Source of the DNA: Deferrisomatales bacterium
GTDB taxonomy: Bacteria; Desulfobacterota; Deferrisomatia; Deferrisomatales; JACRMM01
Assembly: GCA_033551855.1 (NCBI GenBank)
Contig: JAWSUI010000073.1
Location: forward strand, 1-16,549
Direction: 5' to 3'
Length of the DNA: 16,549 bases
Positions within the stretch are counted from its first letter, which is position 1; the number at the start of each line of letters is the position of its first letter. Positions 1-7,480 of this stretch are shown here, piece after piece. The notes beneath the pieces were generated by a model. It saw only the letters and a list, made by a program, of their open reading frames with translations. It ran no database searches and was not told the origin of the DNA. The position numbers and the translations under genes are program-made.

Positions 1-53
1 TCACGTCCGGATCTGTGCGGGGGGCGGCCCGCAAGGGCCGTCCCTACCGCGAC
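1..53 (+). mobile_element. 3' end of a group II intron (3' strand of domain V, domain VI, 3' splice site); the rest lies upstream of the window
   Basis: CACGTCCGGATC matches the 3' strand of DV with its AC bulge. The DVI hairpin pairs 17-30 with 35-50, has a GCAA (GNRA) tetraloop and a bulged A46 that is the 8th nt from the end. The terminus ...CCCTACCGCGAC ends in AY. Confidence 0.9.
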
Positions 54-280
54 CCTCGAAGGAGAGCGGGGTCGGGGGGCCCTTGGGTTTCGACGCGAAA
101 GCCGCGGCGGTTCGAAGCGGTGTTCACCAGGGGACCGGGCGCGCCGCGCTTCACCGATCCCGAGCGGGCTGTGCGCCTCGGTCGATGCGAGTCGCGGCGA
201 CGCTCCAGGTCTCCCCGATCCCGCCCGAGGTGTGGCGGTGGATCTGGGGTCCCGGTCCTTCCCGGAAGGCGAGCCAGCCC

Positions 281-970
281 ATGACGGTCTCCCCCCGGCG
301 GCGGGCGCCCCGCCGCTCCCTCGCCGACACCGCCTACGAGCGGATCTACCGCCGGATCATGACCCTGGAGTATGAGCCGGGGCGGCGCCTGGAGGAGAAG
401 GACCTGGTGGCCGAGCTCGGGATCGGCCGCACCCCCGTGCGCGAGGCACTGCTGCGGCTCGGCGCGGACTTCATGGTCGAGTCCCACCCCAGCCGCGGCT
501 TCCTGGTACGGTCCATCACCTTGCAGAACACCCGCGCGGCGTTCGCCGCCCTGAGGATCCTGGAGCTCGGCGTGGCGGGCCTCGCGGTCCGGCGGCACGT
601 GACGGAAGCCCTGCCCGCCATGGCGGAGGCCAATCACGCCGTGGCTCAGGCCGTGGCGGCGAACGACGTCGTGGCCCTCGTGGAGGCCAACGCGGTGTTC
701 CACCAGCGCTTTGCCGAGTGCTCCGGCAACGACTACCTGATCCAGGCCCTCCACAAGGTGCGCTGCGAGATCAACCGTCTCGCCTACCTCTCGTTCCGGC
801 AGGAGCTGGACCCCGGGCGCTCCCTGGCCGAGCACTACCGGTCGGTGGTGGCGCACCACGACCAGCTCGTCCGGCATCTGGGGGAGCGGGACGGGGAGGC
901 GCTGGCGGCCACGGTGTCGGAGCACGTGGAGGCGTTCCAGCGGAGGATTCTCCTGTACATGGCCACCTGA
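281..970 (+). CDS. GntR-family transcriptional regulator (wHTH + FCD domain, FadR subfamily), 229 aa
   Basis: The N-terminal wHTH reads SLADTAYERIYRRIMTLEYEPGRRLEEKDLVAELGIGRTPVREAL. FCD motifs are N-AVFH-Q...SGN-YL and HHDQLV...H. ATG 281 is chosen over the upstream ORF extension. Confidence 0.93.
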   Translation: MTVSPRRRAPRRSLADTAYERIYRRIMTLEYEPGRRLEEKDLVAELGIGRTPVREALLRLGADFMVESHPSRGFLVRSITLQNTRAAFAALRILELGVAGLAVRRHVTEALPAMAEANHAVAQAVAANDVVALVEANAVFHQRFAECSGNDYLIQALHKVRCEINRLAYLSFRQELDPGRSLAEHYRSVVAHHDQLVRHLGERDGEALAATVSEHVEAFQRRILLYMAT

Positions 971-1017
971 CCGGGGGGAGCAAAGCCTTTCGGCCACCAC
1001 CCAGAGGAGGAAGCACC

Positions 1018-2013
1018 ATGAAGAGAGCGCTCGTCGTCGCACTGGGGTTCGGACTCGCCCTGACCGCCGCGGGACCCTCCGCAGCCAAGACCAAGTGGGA
1101 CATGCACCTGAACTACCCGGCCGGGAACTTCCACTCGGAGGGCGCCCAGCGGTTCGCCGACCGGGTGAAGGAGGCCACCAACGGGGAGCTCGAGATCGTG
1201 CTGCACGCGGGCGCGGCGCTCGGGTTCAAGGGTCCGGAGCTTCTTCGCTCCGTGGCGGAGGGCCAGCTCGCCATCGCCGAAGTCCCGACCGGCATGGTGG
1301 AGGGGGACGCCCCGGTGCTCGCCCTGACCGCCCAGCCCTTCCTCTCGGCCAACTCCTTCGAGCAGCGGCTGCTCTACCAGATGGCCAAGCCGACCTACGC
1401 GCGGGTCCTGGAGCGCTTCAACCAGTTCACCCTCTACTCCTCGGTGTGGCCCTTCTCGGGCATCTACACCCAGCGCCCCATCGCCTCGGCGGCCGACCTC
1501 CGGGGACTGAAGATGCGGGTCTACGACGGCACGGGGCTGGCCTTCGGGGAGGCCACCGGCATCGCGGCCCGCAGGATGCCCTTCAGCGAGGTCTACCCGG
1601 CCATGAAGGCCGGCCTTCTCGACTCGATGTACACCTCCTCGGTCTCCGGCGTGGACGCGAAGGCCTGGGAGGTCCTCAAGTACTTCTCGCCCATCAACAT
1701 CGTCGGCCCCGTGAACATGATCAACGTGAACCGCGACGCGTGGAACAAGTTGCCCAAGGCCGTCCAGGACGCGGTCCTCGAGATCGCGGCGGAGATGGAG
1801 GACGAGATGTGGAACCTGGCCGGCGACATGGACCGCGAGAGCCGGGACACCCTCCGGGAGAACGGCATGACCGTCACCCCGGTGAGCCAGGCGTTTCGCG
1901 CCGAGCTCGATGCGGTGGGAGAGAAGCTGCGTGAGGAGTGGATGGCGAAGGCCGGCGCCGACGCCAGGGAGATCCTGGACCAGTACTACCGGATCACCGG
2001 CCGCACGAAGTAG
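1018..2013 (+). CDS. dctP: TRAP transporter substrate-binding protein, DctP6/DctP7 (pyroglutamate-binding)-like, 331 aa
   Basis: SD AGAGGAGG at 1003-1010 and signal peptide MKRALVVALGFGLALTAAGPSAA. The conserved DLRGLKMR arginine is present. TKWDM..YP..NFH, WP.SGIYT and EW..KAGAD resemble the DctP6/7 subfamily as I recall it. Confidence 0.92.
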   Translation: MKRALVVALGFGLALTAAGPSAAKTKWDMHLNYPAGNFHSEGAQRFADRVKEATNGELEIVLHAGAALGFKGPELLRSVAEGQLAIAEVPTGMVEGDAPVLALTAQPFLSANSFEQRLLYQMAKPTYARVLERFNQFTLYSSVWPFSGIYTQRPIASAADLRGLKMRVYDGTGLAFGEATGIAARRMPFSEVYPAMKAGLLDSMYTSSVSGVDAKAWEVLKYFSPINIVGPVNMINVNRDAWNKLPKAVQDAVLEIAAEMEDEMWNLAGDMDRESRDTLRENGMTVTPVSQAFRAELDAVGEKLREEWMAKAGADAREILDQYYRITGRTK

Positions 2014-2050
2014 CACCTCCCCGGCGCGCAGCGACCGAGGAAGGGATCGC

Positions 2051-2078
2051 GGGCGGGCTCCCCACGGGGGGCCCGCTC
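2051..2078 (+). promoter_or_regulatory. GC-rich intercistronic hairpin after dctP (probable mRNA-stabilising or partial-terminator structure)
   Basis: 12-bp stem GGGCGGGCTCCC / GGGGGCCCGCTC with two G-U pairs and loop CACG, and no U-tract. The position after a binding-protein gene is typical. Confidence 0.55.
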
Positions 2079-2103
2079 CCCCCACCGTCCGAGGATGGCA
2101 CCC

Positions 2104-2607
2104 ATGGACCTGCTCATTCGGCTCACGGAGAGGATCAGCGACGGCATGGCCCGCGTTGCGGCGGTGGTCCTCGGGCTGATGACCGCCCTGATCCTGCTGG
2201 AGATCCTCCTGTGGAACACCGTGACCAAGACCACCCTGGTTGCGGATGAGTACAGCGCCTACGGGCTGGCGGCGATCATCTTCCTGGGCGCCGGCCACTG
2301 CCTCAAGGAGCGGGGGCACATCCGCATCACGCTCCTCCTCTCCCTGCTGCCCGACCGCCTCGCCCGGGTCGTCACGTTCCTGGCCACCGCCGCGACCACC
2401 GCCTTCATGGGCTACCTGTGGTGGTATCTCTACCTCATGGTCCGCAGCGCCTACCGTTTCGGGTCCACCTCGGGCACCCTCACGGGCACCCCCCTGTGGA
2501 TCCCCCAGACGGTCATGCTCGTGGGGGCGGCGGGTCTGCTCCTCCAACTCGCCGGGACGACCCTCAAGACCCTGCGGGCCGTGGGCACCGGGGAGGAGGC
2601 GATCTGA
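2104..2607 (+). CDS. dctQ: TRAP transporter small permease, 167 aa (alternative start 2095)
   Basis: Four hydrophobic segments and the DEYSAY...FLGAG...GHIRITLL motif. GAGG at 2091-2094 suits ATG 2104. Confidence 0.92.
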   Translation: MDLLIRLTERISDGMARVAAVVLGLMTALILLEILLWNTVTKTTLVADEYSAYGLAAIIFLGAGHCLKERGHIRITLLLSLLPDRLARVVTFLATAATTAFMGYLWWYLYLMVRSAYRFGSTSGTLTGTPLWIPQTVMLVGAAGLLLQLAGTTLKTLRAVGTGEEAI

Positions 2608-3917
2608 TGGACCCGACCGTCGCCAGCATGTCCCTGGTGGTCTTCGGGGTGCTCTTCCTGGCCCTCGGGGCCGGGGTGTGGGTGGGGTTCGCCCTGTTCT
2701 TCGTGGGTTTCGTGGGCATGACGTTCTTCAGCTCCCTCCCCGCGGGCAACAACATGGCCTCGTCCCTGTGGGCCACGGTGGAGAAGTGGGAGTACGTCGC
2801 CCTGCCGCTCTTCATCCTCATGGGAGAGATCCTCTTCCGCTCGGGCATCTCCGAGAAGCTCTTCCGGGCGCTGGTGCCGTGGCTGTACCGGCTGCCGGGG
2901 GGGCTCCTCCTCATGAACATCGTGTCCTGCACCCTGTTCGCGGCGGTCTCGGGGTCCAGCGCGGCCACCACCGCGACCGTGGGCCGGATCACCCTGGCGG
3001 AGTTCGACAAGCTCGGCTACGACCGCAAGATCGCCATGGGCTCCCTGGCCGGCGCCGGGACCTTGGGCTTCTTGATCCCTCCCTCCCTGATCATGATCGT
3101 CTACGCGATCCTGGCGGAGGTCTCCATCGGGAAGATGTTCATCGCCGGGGTCCTGCCGGGGCTCCTGCTGGCGAGCATCTACGCGGCCTACATCATGTAC
3201 CGCGGGCTCCGCAACCCCGAGATCGCCCCCCGCACCCAGGAACGGTACGAGTGGGCCGACCGCCTGGCCTCCCTCAAGGACCTGGCGCCCACCCTGGGAC
3301 TGATCGTCATGGTCCTCGGGAGCATCTACGCGGGCATCGCCACGCCCACCGAGGCTGCGGCCCTGGGGGTGCTCGGGGCGGCAGGTTTCGCGCTCCTGAA
3401 CCGGCAGATGAACGGCCGCATCTTCTTCGATTGCCTGATGGGGGCGATCAAGACCAACGCGATGATCATGCTGATCGTCGTGGGCGCGGGCTTCCTGGCC
3501 CGGGTGATGGGCTTCCTGGGGATCCCGGCCGCCATCACCCAGGGCATCAACGACCTGGGCCTCTCGCCTTACGTGCTCCTGCTCCTGCTCGGCCTGGTGT
3601 ACGTGGTCCTGGGGTGCCTGCTCGACGGGTTCTCCATCGTGGTGCTGAGCCTGCCGATCGCGCTCCCCATGGTGACGGCGGCTGGGTTCGACCCCATCTG
3701 GTTCGGCATCTACCTGATTCTCATGGTCGAAGTGAGTCAGATCACGCCCCCGGTGGGGTTCAACCTCTTCGTGATCCAGGGTCTCACCGGGGAGCCCGTG
3801 ATCAAGATCGCGCAGCACGCCTTCCCGTTCTTCCTCCTCATGCTGCTCGCGACGGTCATCCTCACCGCCTTTCCGGAGATCGCCCTCTTCCTGCCCCGGC
3901 TCATGGTGGGGAATTGA
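2607..3917 (+). CDS. dctM: TRAP transporter large permease, 436 aa
   Basis: DctM motifs ALPLFILMGE, SGSSAAT, GTLGFLIPPS, ATPTEAA and ITPPVGFNLFV. TGATG overlap with dctQ, SD GGAGGAGG. Confidence 0.95.
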   Translation: MDPTVASMSLVVFGVLFLALGAGVWVGFALFFVGFVGMTFFSSLPAGNNMASSLWATVEKWEYVALPLFILMGEILFRSGISEKLFRALVPWLYRLPGGLLLMNIVSCTLFAAVSGSSAATTATVGRITLAEFDKLGYDRKIAMGSLAGAGTLGFLIPPSLIMIVYAILAEVSIGKMFIAGVLPGLLLASIYAAYIMYRGLRNPEIAPRTQERYEWADRLASLKDLAPTLGLIVMVLGSIYAGIATPTEAAALGVLGAAGFALLNRQMNGRIFFDCLMGAIKTNAMIMLIVVGAGFLARVMGFLGIPAAITQGINDLGLSPYVLLLLLGLVYVVLGCLLDGFSIVVLSLPIALPMVTAAGFDPIWFGIYLILMVEVSQITPPVGFNLFVIQGLTGEPVIKIAQHAFPFFLLMLLATVILTAFPEIALFLPRLMVGN

Positions 3918-3936
3918 CGTGGAGAAGGAGGCCCGC

Positions 3937-4713
3937 GTGCGAAGGATCGATCTGAACTGCGACATGGGGGAGGGCTTCGGTGCCTACCGCCTGGGGTTCG
4001 ACGACGAGGTGATCCGTTACATCACCTCCGCGAACGTGGCCTGCGGCTGGCACGCCGGGGACCCGGGGGTGATGGAGCGCACCGTGGCGATGGCCGCCGA
4101 GGCGGGCGTGGGGGTCGGAGCCCACCCCGGCTACCCGGATCTCTTGGGGTTCGGCCGGCGCAACCTCGACTGCACGCCGGAGGAGGTGCGCCGCTACGTG
4201 GTTTACCAGATCGGCGCGCTCCAGGCCTTCTGCCGGGCGCGGGGGGTCCCCCTTCAGCACGTCAAGCCCCACGGGGCGCTCTACCTGACGGCCGTGGAGC
4301 GCGAGGAGGTGGCACGGGCCGTGGCCGAGGCCGTGGTGAGCGTGGACCCGTCGCTCCTCCTCGTTGCCCTGGCCGGCGCCAAGGGCGAGGTGATGCGCCG
4401 GGTCGGGGAGAGGGCGGGACTGCGGGTGGTGTACGAGGCCTTCCCGGACCGGGCGTACACCCCGGAGGGGACGCTCGCCCCCCGGCGCCTTCCCGGCACC
4501 GTGATCCAAGACCCGGCGGAGGTTGCCGGCCGGGCCCTGCGGATGGCCTCCGAGGGAGTCGTGCTGGCGGTGGACGGCACACCCATCCCCCTGGAAGTCC
4601 AGACCCTGTGCGTCCACGGCGACACGCCCTCCGCCCTGGACTTGGTGCGTGAGATTCGGAGCTCCCTGGAGGGGGCGGGTGTGCGGGTGGTTCCCATGGG
4701 CGCGGGGAGCTGA
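3937..4713 (+). CDS. pxpA: 5-oxoprolinase subunit A (LamB/YcsF family), 258 aa
   Basis: Motifs IDLNCDMGEGFG, SANVACGWHAGDP, GAHPGYPD..GFGRR, HVKPHGALY and TLCVHGDTP. GTG 3937 follows SD AAGGAGG. Confidence 0.95.
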   Translation: MRRIDLNCDMGEGFGAYRLGFDDEVIRYITSANVACGWHAGDPGVMERTVAMAAEAGVGVGAHPGYPDLLGFGRRNLDCTPEEVRRYVVYQIGALQAFCRARGVPLQHVKPHGALYLTAVEREEVARAVAEAVVSVDPSLLLVALAGAKGEVMRRVGERAGLRVVYEAFPDRAYTPEGTLAPRRLPGTVIQDPAEVAGRALRMASEGVVLAVDGTPIPLEVQTLCVHGDTPSALDLVREIRSSLEGAGVRVVPMGAGS

Positions 4714-4716
4714 GCG

Positions 4717-5424
4717 TTGACGGGGGCGCGGTACGGGAGGGTCCGGTTCCGCCTGGCGGGGGACCGGGGGCTTCTGGCGGAGTATGGGGAGGGGATCGAC
4801 CCGGAGGTGAACCGCAAGGTCCGCTCCGTGGCTGCGCTCCTCGGCCGCGACCCCCTGCCAGGGGTCTCGGAGATCGTCCCGACCTACCGGTCCCTTCTCC
4901 TGGTGTACGATCCCCTCGTCACCCGCCCGGAACGGCTCGAGTCCGAGCTGAAACGGTTGGAGGCGCGTCTCTCCGAAATCCGGATCCCGGAGCCCCGCAC
5001 CGTGACGATCCCCGTCTGCTACGGGGGGGAGCTCGGCCCGGACCTCGGTTTCGTCGCCGCGAGCCATGGTCTCACGGAGGAGGAGGCGGTTCGGCTCCAC
5101 ACCGAACCCACCTACCCCATCTACATGATCGGGTTCACCCCGGGCTTCCCCTTCCTGGGGGGGCTCCCCGAGGCCCTCCACACCCCCCGGCTGGAGACGC
5201 CCCGCACCGCGGTTCCCGCCGGGTCGGTGGGCATCGCCAACAACCAGACCGGCATCTACCCGGTGGTAAGCCCCGGGGGCTGGCGGCTGATCGGACGAAC
5301 CCCCCTTCGCCTCTTCGATCCGGAGAAGGAGGAGCCGTTCCTCTATCGAGCGGGGGACCTGATCCGGTTTCGGTCGATCCCGCCGGAGGAGTACCGGCGA
5401 CTGGCGGGGGAGGGCGCGGCGTGA
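4717..5424 (+). CDS. pxpB: 5-oxoprolinase subunit B (CT_C_D / KipI family), 235 aa
   Basis: Motifs VPTYRSLL, IPVCYGGELGPDL, IGFTPGFPFLG, VPAGSVGIA..QTGIYP..SPGGWRLIGRTP. TTG start with GGAG 7 nt upstream. Confidence 0.93.
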   Translation: MTGARYGRVRFRLAGDRGLLAEYGEGIDPEVNRKVRSVAALLGRDPLPGVSEIVPTYRSLLLVYDPLVTRPERLESELKRLEARLSEIRIPEPRTVTIPVCYGGELGPDLGFVAASHGLTEEEAVRLHTEPTYPIYMIGFTPGFPFLGGLPEALHTPRLETPRTAVPAGSVGIANNQTGIYPVVSPGGWRLIGRTPLRLFDPEKEEPFLYRAGDLIRFRSIPPEEYRRLAGEGAA

Positions 5425-6368
5425 AGGAGTTCTTTGCCGTGCTCGCCCCGGGCGCCTTCACCACGGTCCAAGACCGGGGGCGCTTCGGCTACCAGCAGAT
5501 GGGAGTGCCGGTCTCCGGCGCCCTCGACCCGTACGCCAGCCAGGTGGCGAACCTCCTGGTGGGAAACGAGCCCGGTGCGGCGGTGTTGGAGGCGACGGTG
5601 CTCGGCCCCCGGCTCGAGGTCCGGGCCGGGGCGGACGTGGCCGTGGCGGGAGCCGACATGGGGGTCCGGCTCAACGGGAAGGAGGTCTCCGCCTGGCGCA
5701 GCCTGCGGGTGGGGCCCGGCGACGTCCTGGAGCTCCAGCAGGTCCGCTCGGGGTGCCGGGCGTATCTGGCGGTGAGCGGGGGGATCGACGTCCCCCTCGT
5801 CATGGGCAGCCGGTCCACCTACGTGGGCGGGAGGGTCGGGGGATTCCAGGGGCGGCCCCTGCGGGAGGGCGACCTCCTGTCGATGGCGGTGGGCCCCATG
5901 CTCACCGCGCCCCGGGAGCTCCCCGCCCGGTGGGTGCCCGACTACCCGGGGGAGGTGACCCTGCGGGCGGTGCGGGGTCCCCAGGACGACGCCTTCGGCG
6001 AAGGGCTCGAGCGCCTCTTCGGCACCCCCTACCTGGTCACCGCCAAGGCCGACCGGATGGGCTACCGGCTCCAAGGCCCCCCGGTGCCCCTCCGGCCGGG
6101 ATGGCCCCGGAGCATCGTCTCGGAGCCGAGCGTCCCCGGGGGCGTCCAGATCCCGCCGGACGAGCAGCCGATCGTGCTCCTGGTGGAGCAGACGGTGGGT
6201 GGGTACGCGAAGGCGGCCACGGTGGTCTCGGTGGATCTGGGACGGCTGGCCCAGGCCACCCCCGGGGACACGGTGCGTTTCGAGGAGGTGAGCCTCGCGG
6301 CGGCCCACGCCCTGTACCGGGAGGACGTCGAACGCCTGCGGGCGGTGGCGGCCCTGTGGGATCGCTGA
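5421..6368 (+). CDS. pxpC: 5-oxoprolinase subunit C (CT_A_B / KipA family), 315 aa
   Basis: Motifs TTVQDRGR.G....GVPVSGALD, ANLLVGN, YLAVSGG, GSRST, DRMGYRL and QTVGGY. GTGA overlap with pxpB. Confidence 0.93.
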   Translation: MKEFFAVLAPGAFTTVQDRGRFGYQQMGVPVSGALDPYASQVANLLVGNEPGAAVLEATVLGPRLEVRAGADVAVAGADMGVRLNGKEVSAWRSLRVGPGDVLELQQVRSGCRAYLAVSGGIDVPLVMGSRSTYVGGRVGGFQGRPLREGDLLSMAVGPMLTAPRELPARWVPDYPGEVTLRAVRGPQDDAFGEGLERLFGTPYLVTAKADRMGYRLQGPPVPLRPGWPRSIVSEPSVPGGVQIPPDEQPIVLLVEQTVGGYAKAATVVSVDLGRLAQATPGDTVRFEEVSLAAAHALYREDVERLRAVAALWDR

Positions 6369-6390
6369 AGAGAGGGGTACGCAGAACCCT

Positions 6391-6416
6391 TTGACAGGAT
6401 GACAGGATCCACAGGA
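6391..6416 (+). repeat. Three tandem ACAGGA units (TTGACAGGATGACAGGATCCACAGGA) with a degenerate inverted partner at 6578-6595
   Basis: ACAGGA occurs at 6394, 6402 and 6411. CCCTGTCCTCCCGTCCAA at 6578-6595 approximates the reverse complement of 6391-6407. Confidence 0.55.
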
Positions 6417-6616
6417 CGGGGCCGGGATGCAAGGCTTCGGACCGGTTGACGGGTCGGCGTTCTCGGGGACACGGCGGGAAGGGCCGGGTTGCGGAGGCCA
6501 GCCTGGAGGGGGCCTCTCCCCGCCCGGGGACGGTCGGTCGCGTCGCGCGTTTCCTCCGGAAGGCCTTCCTCCCGGCACCCTGTCCTCCCGTCCAATTCCC
6601 GTCTGGAGGTGCGGTG

Positions 6617-7390
6617 ATGGCGAGAGAGGTCTGGCTCCAGAACCTGACCTGGGAGGAAGTCCGGGACCGCATCCCGGAGAGCCGGGAGACGATCCTGCTC
6701 CCCGTCGGTAGCACCGAGCAGCACGGACCGCATCTGCCCGTGGGCAGCGACACGCTGGTGGCCTCGGCGGTCGCGGAGGACGCCGCCGCCGAGGCCGGCG
6801 TGCTGGTGGCCCCGCCCCTGTGGTTCGGGTGGAGCCCCCATCACATGGTGCTCCCGGGGACGATCACCGTGCGCCCGGAGGTGCTCATCGAGGTGGGCTA
6901 CGACCTGGTGGCGTCCCTCGCCCACCACGGTTTCCAGCGCTTCGTCTTCCTCAACGGGCACCGCATCGTCAACATCCCGTGGCTCCAGATCGCCGGGGAG
7001 CGGGCGAAGCGGCAGCTCGGGGTCCAGGTGGCGATCTTCGACCCCGCCTACATGTCGCGCGATTTCGCGTCCGAGTCGGGATGGGGAGCGGTGGGCCACG
7101 CGGAGGAGATCGAGGGGTCCCACATGTGGTATCGCTACCCCGGGCTCGTGAAGATGGAGCGGGCGGTGGACAACCCCCACCCCCCGCGCCATCTGTACCA
7201 CGTCGATCCCCGCCATCCCGGCGACACCCTGTGCTACGTGCCGAGCACGGCAGCGGAGATGGCGCCCTCGTTCCAGGCCGCGGGCGGCACGTCGGGCGAG
7301 CCCAGCAAGGCCTCCCGGGAGGGAGGGGAACGGTACCACCGGCACCTGGTGGCGCGGCTCGTCGAGGTCATCCGGAAGCTGCAGGGCTGA
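6617..7390 (+). CDS. Creatininase / creatinine amidohydrolase family protein, 257 aa
   Basis: Metal-ligand motif LPVGSTEQHGPHLPVGSD, plus GWSPHH..LPGTI, NGH and GHAEEIE. SD GGAGGT at 6605-6610. Confidence 0.92.
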   Translation: MAREVWLQNLTWEEVRDRIPESRETILLPVGSTEQHGPHLPVGSDTLVASAVAEDAAAEAGVLVAPPLWFGWSPHHMVLPGTITVRPEVLIEVGYDLVASLAHHGFQRFVFLNGHRIVNIPWLQIAGERAKRQLGVQVAIFDPAYMSRDFASESGWGAVGHAEEIEGSHMWYRYPGLVKMERAVDNPHPPRHLYHVDPRHPGDTLCYVPSTAAEMAPSFQAAGGTSGEPSKASREGGERYHRHLVARLVEVIRKLQG

Positions 7391-7480
7391 TGTCCCGGGC
7401 AGCGATGGGATGCGCCGACGGGTGGCGCGGCAAATTTTGCCCCCCCACGGCCGCGGGGGGCCCTGGGCCTTGGCGGCCCG

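Noticed and set aside
75..130. GGGGGCCCTTGGGTTTCGACG resembles a tmRNA 5' end
   Set aside because: No T-arm/CCA 3' end or tag reading frame is visible at the expected distance, which falls inside the gntR coding region.
6391..6420. TTGACA as a promoter for the creatininase-family gene
   Set aside because: There is no -10-like hexamer 16-18 nt downstream, and the hexamer is part of the ACAGGA repeat.
7391..7480. Bidirectional terminator between the convergent creatininase and HD-GYP genes
   Set aside because: Inverted repeats exist (GGCAAATTTTGCC and C-run/G-run pairing), but there is no U-tract on either strand and no single convincing structure.
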